Positions 29,365 to 40,994 of a stretch of DNA of 64,000 bases are shown piece after piece. How positions within the stretch are numbered: position 1 is the first letter of the stretch; every line of letters begins with the position of its first letter. The position numbers were made by a program, and so were the translations under genes. The stretch lies in the NCBI RefSeq assembly GCF_009914755.1, contig NC_060934.1, one strand, 5' to 3'. The notes under the pieces are model-generated. The model was not told the origin of the DNA and did no database searches. It saw only the letters and a list, made by a program, of their open reading frames with translations. The stretch is from the human T2T-CHM13v2.0 reference genome, Homo sapiens.

Positions 29365-29907
29365 ACTAGGAGAGGTCCCCAAACACTGGTGGGACTTCGA
29401 CCCCAGCTGATGTCCAGGCTCTTGACTCCTTGAATTCCTTCCCATATGAGTCAGAAAATAGTGAAAGTACACACTCAAGAAGGGAGAGTGTGCAAGGGGG
29501 TTGGGAGCTGCTTCCTTTATGGGTTTCTTTAACCAAGGGGTGCAATATCCAAGAAGATTCCTGGAAAAAGGTGGAACTTTCTTGAAACTGTGGTGCCACC
29601 CATTTTTACATGAAATATGGGTGTTCTGGAACTGTCATGGTGCCTGTGGGTGTGTAATTTAGCATCTCAGAGAGTTGCCTGGTTAATGAGCGTATAGTGA
29701 GGTCCTAGAAGAAACCTAGGTCGAATCCAGCACCATGTTGGTTTCAGTTGGTCTTAGCCAGCTTGGCCCACACTCTGATTTTTTTAGAGTCTTATGACCC
29801 CTAGCTTCTTATGACCCTTATTTTAACAGTTTCCTTTTGCTGGTCATGTGAAATGGCTGCCTAGAATTTTCTATTCTCCTGTGACCATCTGTATTATTCC
29901 TGTCTCA
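29365..29907 (-). mobile_element. ERV1-class solo LTR (subfamily uncertain)
   Basis: Reverse complement starts TGAGACAGGAATAATACAG...GAGAATAGAAAATTC...AAAAGGAAACTG. Confidence 0.55.
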
Positions 29908-31914
29908 CCACTAGGTGTATCTGTCTTGCAAAGATGTTTAGTTTATTTATAAACATATTTAAATACAAAATATTACATTAAATATTTGTTGTTTTGATTG
30001 GATTATGTATTGCATGAGACTTGGTCTGGGTTATGCTGCAGTAACAAATCCCTGATACACCAGTGGCTTGTCACGGCAGAGGTTTATTTCTCCCTCTCAG
30101 TCCATATCCAGTGTGGGTTGGCAGACAGTTCTGGTCCACAGTCACTCAGGGACCCAGGCTGACCATCGAGTAGCTGCACATGGCTTGAAACACATGGCTT
30201 TCTGGGTCACCACGGTGGAGACAGGAGAACTGGAGGGTTGTGCACTGGCTCTTAAAGCTGCTGGCCTGGAAGGGACCCACAACACTTTTGTTCGCAGCTC
30301 AGTGGTCAGAATGAGGCCCACAGCCCCAGCTAGCTGCAGAGGGCCGGGGTGGTGAGCGACCACACGGGCATTCCAGGGACAGTGCATGCCTCTGCCAGCC
30401 AGCCACCTTTCAGTAGTGAAATATAGCCCAGAAAAATCCAGATTCCTGGCTTCTTATGAAACGCCAAAAGAGTTGCCCCGTCGAAGAAGGAATGTGCCCC
30501 CCATTCCCCATGGACCCCGTGACGAATGTCCCTCAGCGGAGTCACCTCCGTGGCCATTGGAGACTTTTATATTATTTATTCCTGCTGTATGTGCACAGCT
30601 TTGGAAGAGTAGACTTGGAGGGAGTCTAGAAGCTTCTTGTATTTATTCAGCAATTTAACAACCATGTATGGACTTCCTGCGATGTGCCAGGCTTATGCTT
30701 GGGGCTGGAAACTAGTGGTAAAGCACCCCCCGCCCTTACCCCCACCATGTTCCCGTTCTCTTGGGAGGGAAGTCTAAACAAGAGCTGGGTTCTGCAGGGC
30801 CCAGTGGGGAAATGGGAAGAGACGATGGGGCAGAGAGGGGCTGCCCCAACATGGACTGGGGCTTTTCTGGCAAGGGTTTCCAGGAGGAGCTAACATCAGA
30901 AGACAGGAGTAGTTCTGGGTTCTGAACAGAGAACAGCACTACAAAAGCCCTAAGGGAAAAAAAGCATAGGGCTCCTTAGGGGAGCCGTGAACTTGCTCAG
31001 TGAGCCCAGGGCTTAGAGCAGGAAGTTGGGGTGGAAGCTGGATACAGAGGAAGGCAAGAGAAAAAAACACTGCCTGTAATTTTGGGGTAAATCCAGCCCT
31101 TCCTGTAATGAGTTTGCTGAAAGCAAGACTTCGTTATGCTGAAGACCCACAGAAGCAGTGTGGGCTAAGAAACCCAGTTCCATGGCTCACCCTGGGCTGC
31201 ACTAGGCTTCTGCCTTGCAAGTATATGAGGAACTACCCAGAGAGGGGGGCAGATCACTTTTTCCATGGGCAAGCGGAGGTGCCGAGGAACTGAAACTTTA
31301 TGTTGAAATCCCTGTTGCCTGGCCAAGAAAAATGCAGCAATAAGTCCCCAGCTCCAGGCCTTGCTGCTGGGGGCCTGACATCTCTCCAGGCCCTGAGGTG
31401 CCTAACTCTGGAGCAAGGCAGAGGGGAGGTATGGATAGGATGATCCTGAGGTCATCAGGAAGCCCACTCCCTCAAATCCTTCCCCTTCTCCAGGCCAACT
31501 GTATTTCCCTGCCTCTTGCATCACAGGCTCATGCAGGGCTGATGCTAGCACGGAGGGCAGGTTTGTCACATTTGTGGGTGTCAAGCAAGGGGGGAGAGAG
31601 CAAACTGGACTGGTCCGAGTGAGTGCCTGAGGAGATGGGCATTCTGCAGGGATGGGCTCTGAGGACATTAATAAATACGACAGCAGGTGGAGCTGAGCTT
31701 GAGCCCCCCGCCCCCCGTGGCATTTGCACACACTCAGGTCGGGAAGACATGATGGGTTTGTGTGAACAGATGTGGGGGAGTTGTGAATGAGCAGAGCTCT
31801 GTCGTGGGCAGGATGTGGTGTGGCCCCAGGCTGTGCCCCCTCCCAATGTGTCCTAACACCCCTAGCCCTGAGCTGCAACTTGGGAGATGGAAGGTGGAGG
31901 CAAGGTCAGCACTG

Positions 31915-32110
31915 GAGTATGTGTGTGTGTGAGTGTGTGTCTGTGAGATTGTGAGTGTTTGTGTATGTGTGTGTGTGTGTGCATGTGAGCATGTGTGTAT
32001 GTGTTAAGTGTGAGTGTGTGTGTTGAGTGTGAATGTATGTGTGTGTGCATGTGATTGTGTATGCGTGTGTTTTTTTTGTGTGTGTGTGTGTGTGTATGTA
32101 TGTGTGTGTG
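31915..32110 (+). repeat. Degenerate (TG)n tract
   Basis: Direct reading. Confidence 0.9.
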
Positions 32111-33168
32111 AAGCTTTACCTCCCTGCCTAGCATGTAGGAGGCCTTGATAAGAGTCCTTGGCCACATTGACATGGGGGAGAGAGAGGAACAGGAAGCTGT
32201 GCAGATGCCAACAGGTTCGAGAAAGCTCTGGTGGATTTACTGTCCGTGAAAGAAACCTGGGGAGGGCAGGAGCGGCTCCTCAAACCAATCAAGGCTGTGT
32301 GTGGAAAGAGGGAATAGTATGTGTGTGGAACAGTGTGTGTGAACCGCGTGTGTGTGGATCCACTAATGATCCTGTGGGCTTGAGATTACCTTGTTGCACA
32401 GACGAGGAAAGGAAGGTTTGGGAGTTTAAGTCACTGCCCGTGATCAATATAGAGAAGGTACTAAGAGACCAGAATCAGGGGTCCAAATGCTTGTGCTGGA
32501 ACAGTGGCTTTTCTGCTTACTTGCTGGTAATCTTGGGCAAAGTGCTTAAGCTCTTGTCCCTGTCTTCTCATCTGTAAAATGGGAATATGGTGATACTCAC
32601 CTCACAATATCGTTGTAGGGACTGGAGGAGATAACTCAGAGAAGATGCCAACCATTTACAGCACATAGGGAACACAGTGCCGACTAACCCACTGCCAGGA
32701 CAGCCAGTGATGGGCCACTGCCTGGCTGAGCGGGAAGGCAGGAGAGAGGCCCAGGGTAGCTCTGGAGGATTGCAGGAGCAACCGAGGCAGAAGCCAGTAG
32801 TCAGGCTGTCCCTGCCAAGGGAAGGGAGCATGTGATCTAAAATGCTTAGGAGATGGATCTGGATTCCTGGGGATTATGGAGAGTCTTCTGGGGTGGGCGG
32901 CTGAAAGGACCAGTGTCACTGGCTCAGCATGACCTTGCCCAACCAAGGCAGCTTGACTGACATGTGGCCATGTGGGTCTGGGCCAGACCCTTTCAGCCGC
33001 AGCCACCTTGTGCCAAGGCGGTGTGATGCCAAGGCCGACGGTGTCTGTGCCAGGGCTGCGGGTGTTGGGTGCTGCACTGGCCGGCACTCCTCTGGCTCAC
33101 CTGTCTGTCCACCCTTCCTTGTCTTCCCAGCAAGTAACTTCTAGGTCTGCAGACAAGAGGAAGAGAAG

Positions 33169-33230
33169 ATGAAGGAAGACTGTCTGCCGAGTTCTCACGT
33201 GCCCATCAGTGACAGCAAGTCCATTCAGAA
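33169..33230 (+). CDS. RASSF4: RASSF4 exon 2 coding part (MKEDCLPSSHVPISDSKSIQK); exon starts ~33131
   Basis: Pyrimidine tract + CAG ending 33130; ATG 33169; donor AA|GTAAGC. Confidence 0.95.
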
Positions 33231-33601
33231 GTAAGCCTTGGTGTGCAGGTTGGGCGGGGGAGTCTTCACATTTGCCATCCCCCTCATCCTGGGCAGCCTT
33301 TAGGTGGAGGGGTTCTGAGCACTTGTTCAGAGATCTGATGGGGTGCCCTGGGGGACAGTGATGGGGTGCTTCTTTTTGAGCCTGTCCAATAGGGGATCCC
33401 CAAGCTACACATGACCATGGCTGGGAGGCATGGGCAATAGAAAAGAGGCTCCAGATGGCAGGCACTTTATACGAAATAGGTGTGTACAGGGCCTCATTAT
33501 AACTTTTACATTGATTGCATGTTGACAAATAGTAATTTAGATATATTGAGTTCAATAAAATGTGTTATTAATGCTAATTTCACCTGTTTCATTTTCCCCT
33601 C

Positions 33602-34029
33602 TGTATTAGGCCATTCTTGTGTTGCTATAAAGAAATACCTGAAGCTGGGTAATTTACAAAGAAAAGAGATTTAGTTGGCTCACGGTTCTGGAGGCTTTAC
33701 AAGAAGTGTGGTGCTGGCATCTGCTCGGCTTCCAGGGAGGCCTCAAGGAGCCTCCAGTCATGTTGGAAGGCGAACGGGGAGCAGGCACTTCACATGGCGA
33801 AAGCAGGAGCAAGAGAGAGGGAGTGGAGGGTGGTGCCACACACTTTTAAATGACCAGACCTCGTGTGAACTCAGAGCAAAAGCTCACTTATCACCACGGG
33901 GATGGCCCAAGCCACTCATGAGGGATCTGCTCCCATGATCCAAACACCTCCCACCTGGCCCCACCTCCAACACTGGGAATTACAATTCCACATGAGATTT
34001 GGGTGGGGACACACATCCAAACCATATCA
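33602..34029. mobile_element. MaLR solo LTR (MST-like) interrupting a MER3/MER33-like DNA element
   Basis: TGTATTAGGCCATTCTTGTGTTGCTATAAAGAAATACCTGA...CCAAACCATATCA. Confidence 0.8.
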
Positions 34030-34738
34030 CCTCCTAACATGTACTAGAAGATTGAAATTACCAGTGTGGCTCACATCCCACGTCTGCTGGCCCCACAGCC
34101 CCACAGAGCCCAGCTTGGGTTCAGGCAGCTGTCCAGGCCTCCCCTTCCTCCAACATTAGCCAGGGCTGTGGCTTTCCCTTCGGGAAGGGAGACAGCGTTG
34201 AGGGAAAGTGGCTTACTGCAGACTTCAGGGCCTTACTCACAGGACCATCACCTTCCACTGCGCCTTTGGAAAGTCAGGGTGGGGAAGAAGCAGGCACCCC
34301 TCAGGGTGGCCCGCAGCAGCCACAGCAGGCCTTGTAGGAAGTGATATGGGGAAAAGCAAGAGGCTGTACAATGCCAAAAGCAAGTCCAGGGCATTTACTG
34401 TGAGGAAGCAACGCAGGTGGAGGGCAGGGAGGCTGCCAGGGCCTTACCTGTGATAGTGAAAGTGTCGGCACCCTGGACATCCTGGACCAGACGCAGGCCT
34501 GTCCCGTGAGTCTCGCCTCCTCCTCAGCCCGACCCCCATGCCCCCCACCAGGGCCATGTGCAGAACCATCCGGGTGCATTGCGATGGCAGTCTGGTCTCC
34601 TCTGGTTATGCCTGGCCGGCGAGAAGGGTGCTGTCACACTCCTGTTACAAATGAGGAAACAGAGGCCAGGGAAGCCAAAGGCCAGAAGCTGAGGCCCTGC
34701 CACACCCTAGGAGTACATGTGTGTCTTTCCCTTTTTAG

Positions 34739-34814
34739 GTCGGAGCTCTTAGGCCTGCTGAAAACCTACAACTGCTACCATGAGGGCAAGAGCTTCCAGC
34801 TGAGACACCGTGAG
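34739..34814 (+). CDS. RASSF4: RASSF4 exon 3 ([25 protein letters not shown])
   Basis: TTTTTAG| acceptor, GAG|GTGAGC donor, phase consistent with exon 2. Confidence 0.95.
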
Positions 34815-36469
34815 GTGAGCCTGTTGCTCTTGTTCATGGGGTCACCATGTACCCTGGGAGGCCCTGCCTGATACCTGTTGTTTCAGGGTAATGATGAAGA
34901 CCATCCCCTTCACTCTCAGCAGTGACCTAGTTTGGACAATAAGTTATATGGTCACTCTCATCACACACCTCTGACCCTGAGCCAGGGACCAGGTTACCAG
35001 CAGCCAGGTCATCTCCCTTGCAGAGGGTCAGTGCATCCCTTCCAGAGTTCCCAGTGGCAGAAATCACCTTGGGGGTCTTCCCCCTTTCCCCTTCCCCCGA
35101 GACCTTTGTCCATGTGAACTGCTGCCGAGAACAGGTCCGTCCTCAGCCCATCACACCATTCAGCGGACAAGAGGAGTCAGTCCCTCTCTGTTCCCTGCTG
35201 GTCCCGCCACATATCTGCAGAGTCTCACCTGTGGCCCCTGGTCCCCAGTACTCTCATTTGTAAAGTGGGGTGTGGGGCTACACAGGGGCTTATAGGCTCA
35301 GATGCTCACAGCAGGCAGCGCAGGTGTGGGGAGTGGGTCTCCACTCAAGGAGTCAGCCGCCCATCAGATCAAACCATCCCTACTGTGCAGGACCGTGGGC
35401 CTGGTGCAGCCAGACCCTTTCTGATTTTTCAGAAGAGGATAGATTATCTGGAATTTCATGAGGAAGTTCCCAAATCTTGAAACATCATGTGGGCTAAATA
35501 CATGTCTGATGCCAAACACAGCCCTTGGGCACTGGCTGGACTCTGCAGGGCCTAGGCTTGGGGGACCACCCACTGGGCAGGGCAAGTGGAGCCCTAGTCT
35601 TGCGGTCATTCACATCCTCTGATGTTTCATGCGGGAATCTTGGTTGGGCTTTGTGGCCCTATCTTGGTCTAATTCAACATATTTGTACCGCCTAATGGCA
35701 AGTCTTTTCGTGGTAAGGCTGTTTTTTGGGGGGTTCTGCAGTTGAGATTGGGTTGGCTCCCGGACTTTCTCTCCTCACTAGTCTTGGCTCACTAGTCCTA
35801 GTCCTCCCTCTTCAGTAACTCAGACACCCTTCTATAGCTCCCAGGCCAGAGCTAGCCCAGGCATCCAGGCAACTCTGGGCAGCTGGGGATTGCCAGACAG
35901 TGGCAGATCAGAGGGCCGGCTGGAACCTGCTGCCAGACGGCCTCAGCCAGCCCCTGAGGCGTCCCCTCGGCTGGCCAGGCCAGACATCACACCCTTCAGG
36001 AGCTTCTGGCTCCTGGTCCAAGCTGTGCTGGGCTGCCTGTGACCACCAGGCATGGTACAAACCTCACACTCTGCCTCCTTGACCTGCCCAGGCTGCGAGG
36101 CCCCACAGCTTGCTCCCCTCCCTCTCCTGCCATCCCACCTCCTCATGCTCACTTCTGTGACACCTGTCTCACCCTGCCTGCCCCCATCCTGCACTCCCCA
36201 GGCCGGGCACCCTGTGGGTCCCTGTGCAGAGTTGGTGGGTGACTTAAGCAGCAGGTGTAGGCCTGGAGAGAGTTGGGGTGAGTCCTCGGTCCTGAGCTCC
36301 AGTGTGCTGGGTAGAGGGAGGCATTGGGGAGAGGGTGATGGCACCACAGGGATTTCCACCTGTGCTGTTAACACACGCCACTTCATATCTTCTGGTGGAG
36401 GCCTGGGGTGTGGTCACTGCTGTTCTTCAGCTCTGGCTGTTCAGGGATTGATCTAAATCCCAGGTGGCT

Positions 36470-36636
36470 TTCCACAGGTGGTCCAAGCACCAGCTGCCCT
36501 GGGAACTGGTTAGATATGCAAATTCCTACCACGCCCCTCTCCCAGCCTGCTGAACCGAAAACACTTAGTCTTCCCGTCCAAGTTTTAAGGAGCCCTCCAG
36601 GGCATTCTGGTGGAAGGTCAAGTTTGAAAACCACTA
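36470..36636. mobile_element. MER5-like DNA transposon
   Basis: GAACTGGTTAGATATGCAAATTC...CAAGTTTGAAAACCACT. Confidence 0.55.
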
Positions 36637-37549
36637 GTAAGAGCTTAGTTTTGGCACTCGGGATTCCCCAAGATAATCCCCTCTGTAGGAACAGTTGTCG
36701 GGGGCAGGGGCGCGGGAGCGGGAAGCCCCAAGAGCCTCCACCCTGCGTTTGTGGTTTGTGTGTGTTGGTGTATGCTGCGGGACAGCCCACATAGAGAAGT
36801 AGGGGACTCTCGGGCTGGGAAGAGGTGTTCTTGACAGCCCTTAATGATAGAAAGTTAACCCACTAGGGGGATTTTCCTGTCCCTAACGCTGAAGAAAGTG
36901 TAAGGGTTTGACCCGGTCTCCATGGAGTCAGAAAGTACCTTTCAGGAAAATTCTGTAGCCTTAACAGCCCAGGGGGTACCGGCCTGAAGAAGTGTGTGTT
37001 TTTGCTGGGTCGCAATTACCACATAAGACGAGGCTTTAGGCTGTGACACTGATAGGCACAACTGGTCCCTGGGGCACCAAGCCCCTCCAGGTCTCACTGC
37101 CACCCTGTGATGCACCCACCACGACCTCCTGGGCCACTGGGCACTTGCTGCAGGGGCAGGGCCATCCCAGGCCAGTCTCTCCTCAGGCACCACAGGCCCC
37201 AAGGGCTGGGCAGACAAGAGGAACAGACACTTCCCCAGAGAACCTCCAATGCACCAGGCACTTTGCCTCTCCTTTGTTTAATATAAGGTGATATAGGAAT
37301 GATTATTTTCCAGGCAAAGAGATGGAGGCTCCCAGAGTTTAAGTCTCTAGTCCAAGGTCACATTGCAGTAAATGAAAGGTGCTGGCCACGGCCCCAAGCT
37401 CACAGCCACTTACAAAACAGCAATACCGTTTCCATTAGGCTTTGGAGGTCTCCACCCAGTATCAGTGAACAGGTCTCAGGGACACAGGGTGCTGTTTGTT
37501 GCCCTTGAGCCCCAAGCTAAGGGGCTCTCAGGCTGGCGAAGGGCTCACC

Positions 37550-38345
37550 ACCCGGGGCGCGCTCCCAGAGCCGCCTGAAAGAGACCCCCCCCCGTGTTGT
37601 CACTGCCCCTCACCCGCAGCACCGGCAGCCTTAGCAGTACGGTTTGGGGTGCCTTCTCCTCCACTGTCTCATCCCACTTCTCCGAAGGTGGGCAGGGCCA
37701 CGCCCTGGGGCCAGCGTCACGCCCTGGGACCAGCGGCTCCTTGTGAGCCTTCTCCCCGCTTCCGAGGGGCTAGAGGAGGGACGCCATCTCTGGAGGCTGA
37801 GGCGCCGACTTCCTGTATCATGAACCTCGCCTTTGGGATAATTTTGCTTGTATTACAACAAAAAGCCTGAGCAACGGGGAACAATCTGTGCCTTTTGAAG
37901 ATGGCAAAGGGCTTTAGCCAGGCTGGCTGGTATCTCAAAAGAAAAAAGGACCGCCCGGAAATGTCCTTGTGTAAACCCATGGCTCTGGACAAGCAAGTGA
38001 GCCCCAGGCGGCAGGACCTTTTCTGGGGACTGTGTGCCGGCCCCGCCCGCCTGGGGCGCGGCGCCGAGGCTCCGGGGCGCCCCCTGGTGACCGCGGGCGC
38101 GCTCCACATCCAGTCCCGCTCCTCGGCCCAGGGACCCCTCAGCAATGAGAGAAACGGAAGGGGCTTCCCCTGGTCCGGGGGCTCCGTCTCTCCCAGGGGT
38201 GCGGAAAACCAGCATCCCGCCTTGAGAGAGTTGCCCCGTCCCCTCTCCGAAGGCCTGGCAGACCACTGGCCCCTGGAGTGACTGGCCAGCCCCACGAACA
38301 TCTGTTTTCTGGGAGCCGCAAAGCGCTTCCCAGCCTGCCCGCTCT
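37550..38345. promoter_or_regulatory. Intronic CpG-rich element with CTCF-like motif (38077-38090)
   Basis: Local CpG enrichment; minus strand reads TCACCAGGGGGCGC. Confidence 0.6.
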
Positions 38346-38384
38346 GGGCAGTGCCTTGTGTCCCACTCACTCCCTTCTTCGCCT

Positions 38385-38566
38385 CCCATCCCCACCTTCC
38401 ACCCCCACCCCCACTCCCCTCTCCACCTCCCACCCCCACCCCCACTTCCCTCTCCATTCCCTTCTCCAGTCCCCTCTCCACCCCCAGCCCCACTCCCCTC
38501 TCCATTCCCACCCCCACCTCCACTCCCCTCTCTACCTCCCTTTCCACTCTCCCCATCCCCACCCCA
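38385..38566 (+). repeat. C-rich imperfect repeat (CCCCAC/CCCCTC units)
   Basis: Direct reading; G-run array on the - strand. Confidence 0.85.
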
Positions 38567-39247
38567 GTGGCAAGTAGGAAGGAGAATGTAACTGCTCTAC
38601 AAGGGCCCCACCAGGAGGCTTAGCTTGAAGGGAAAGGAATTCCCCTGGGCCTCTCTGCAGGAGCTTGGGACACTGCCAGAAGCCCCAACCACAAACCTGT
38701 ATTCTACTGGGAGGGAGCGCCTTCCAAAGGTGCCATTAACCTCTTTCACACAGCTGGGTATTAGTGAGGAAGCCCGGGGATGGTCTCCTCAAAGTGCCAG
38801 ACCTCCCCAGATGCAGCGAGGTGGCTTCTGAGCATAGGGGAGTCTGCTGACCTCATCCTAGTTGCCGGACTCTCCCTCTGACCCCGTTTCATGATGCTTT
38901 GCAGAAGGGGCTGTAGTGAGGCTGGGCCCAGCAAGCCTGGACCTCAACCCCTCTGCCTTGGTGGGTGGGCCCTCTGGATCTCTCCCGAGGATGATGATTG
39001 GCTAAAGGCTGCCCCGGCTAAAGGCTGCCCCACACGTTTGCCCAAAGTCAGGGACCTGCAGGTTTGAGACCACCACAGAGACACAGTGGGCTGTGACAGA
39101 TACAAACATTTGTCTACAGTGCTCATAAATGCAGCTCCAAGTTCACATGCGCAGATTCCCAGCCCTTGCAGGGTGTGAAGAACATTGCTGATGTCCCCAT
39201 TTTATAGATAAGGAAACTGGGTAATTGCTTGTCTGAAACTTTTTCCT

Positions 39248-39253
39248 TTTAAT
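39248..39253 (-). terminator. DEPP1: DEPP1 poly(A) signal ATTAAA
   Basis: TTTAAT on + strand ~1.1 kb past the DEPP1 stop, at the end of a U-rich (minus-strand) 3' UTR segment. Confidence 0.6.
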
Positions 39254-40355
39254 ATGGTTTACATTCTATCTCCAGAGAAAACACACTTAACAGAAGACAG
39301 AAAACATTTAACAAATCCAAAGCAATTAAAAATAGCCACAAAAAAAGAGAATAACCTAGACTGACAGCTCACAGAGCAAGGAGGTGGCAGAGACCTGCCC
39401 AGGTGAGCTTGGCTGTTGCCCCCAGCTCAATCTTCCTCCTCTCCTCTCTCTGTCCCTTCACCTCTGATCAGTCCCAGCCTGATTCCCGTTCCCTGATGCC
39501 TCACCTTCTTGCTGCCAGATGCCTCTAGGAACTAGGGTCCTTCAGACTCCAGATGCCCTGGCCTGGGCCTTAGGACATCTTGACTTCCCCAGTGGACAGC
39601 TGGACAGTGCCCTGCTCTCACCCACAGCTGGGACCCTGACCATGCCATGAGGCCCCTGTGTGGAAGTGGTGTAGGGGTGGGGATGGTAGCACTGAGTGGT
39701 ACAGATTCTATCTTGGCCCTCATCATGGGGGAACTCTCCCAATGCCACCACAGGACGTATGAGTTGTAGCCAGCAGAGTGCCCCAGTGGTGCCAGGTGAC
39801 AGTCCCCCGGAATACATTAGTGCATTTGCTAAGACTCCATGTGTTCTCTTGGGCCTCACAGAACATGGGCTTTGAGGGTGGGAGCCAAGAGGCAGACTTG
39901 GGAGTGCCCGAGGCCTTGTTCTGAAACACCTGGGGGGCTGACACCCCCACTACCCTCACACCCCTACCACCAGTTTCCCCACCAGCGATGATGGTAGCTA
40001 CTCAGCCAGTGGGCTCCTATATGCGGTTACACGTCAGAATGGCCTGGGAGGCAGGTGCCAGTAATTATCCCTATATTACCCATGAGAAACTGAGGAACAC
40101 AGATGTTAAGTAAGTTGCTCAAGGTGATCAGCCAGCAAGGGTCAGAGCGAACGGGATTGGTAACATCTCCTCATGTGAAACAGGCTGTTATCATATTCAG
40201 AGGGGGTCGGTCTCACTGTGAACTGCCCAAGCAGGGGCCTCTGCAGAAAAGCATTTCCCTTTCAGAGACCTGCCAGGGGCAGTGACCACCATGGAGGAGA
40301 CGAGAGGAGATGCAGACCCAGCATGCTCTCTACAGAAGCCTTTACTGGGGAGGGG

Positions 40356-40994
40356 TCAGAGTTCATGGATCACCGGGAGGTGCGAGTAGAGTGTTCTGAG
40401 GACACTGCTGGGGCGGGGGCGGTGGCGGGAGGCCATGGCTTGGGCAGACTGCCCAAAAGTCCAGCTTCTTAGGTCAGAGCTCTGCTGCCCATCCTGCGGT
40501 GGTCTTGCCAGGGAATGCCCAGGCATCCTGGCTTCACAGAGCCTCCCTCTGGGGGCCCCCATGGGCTTGCTGCTGTCCATCTGTCTATGTGGACCCCAGA
40601 GGCCAGCAGAGGGGCCAGTCCTCCTTGGCAGGTCCCTCTGGCTTGGCTGCTTTTCCTGGGACTCCCCAAAAAGCCAGTCCAGGGGGTCCACAGTATCAGC
40701 CATGGGCAGTGTGGGCTGCTGGCCACTGAAACGTGCGGTGATGTCTCGCAGGGACACAGCAGGGCGGCCCTTCCGGCAGGCCTGGGCTGGCCTGTGGGGT
40801 GGCCTGGGTTGGCCCTGGGCCGTGGCCTTGTCCAGCACAGAGGTGGGCTGTGCCAGTCGAGATATAGACCTCACGTAGTCATCCAGGCTAGGAGAGGGTG
40901 GGGGCTCCTGTCCAGGACCCCCAAGCAGCATCTCCTCCGTGGTCTCCCGAATTGTGGGCAGATGGGCCACGGAGAGCAGAAGCCGGGACCTCAT
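40356..40994 (-). CDS. DEPP1: DEPP1 (C10orf10, decidual protein induced by progesterone), 212 aa, single coding exon
   Basis: ATG at 40994 gives MRSRLLLSVAHLPTIRE...PVIHEL*; PTS2 RLLLSVAHL and PPPSP motif; exon acceptor CAG| before 41019 (the ORF track's TTG start at 41018 is 5' UTR). Confidence 0.95.
   Translation of the reverse strand: MRSRLLLSVAHLPTIRETTEEMLLGGPGQEPPPSPSLDDYVRSISRLAQPTSVLDKATAQGQPRPPHRPAQACRKGRPAVSLRDITARFSGQQPTLPMADTVDPLDWLFGESQEKQPSQRDLPRRTGPSAGLWGPHRQMDSSKPMGAPRGRLCEARMPGHSLARPPQDGQQSSDLRSWTFGQSAQAMASRHRPRPSSVLRTLYSHLPVIHEL

Noticed and set aside
31862-32173. His/Thr-rich ORF
   Set aside because: Translation of the (CA)n repeat
37717-38623. 281-aa minus-strand ORF and Pro-rich plus-strand ORFs
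   Set aside because: Driven by the C-rich repeat and GC-rich patch; no recognisable protein
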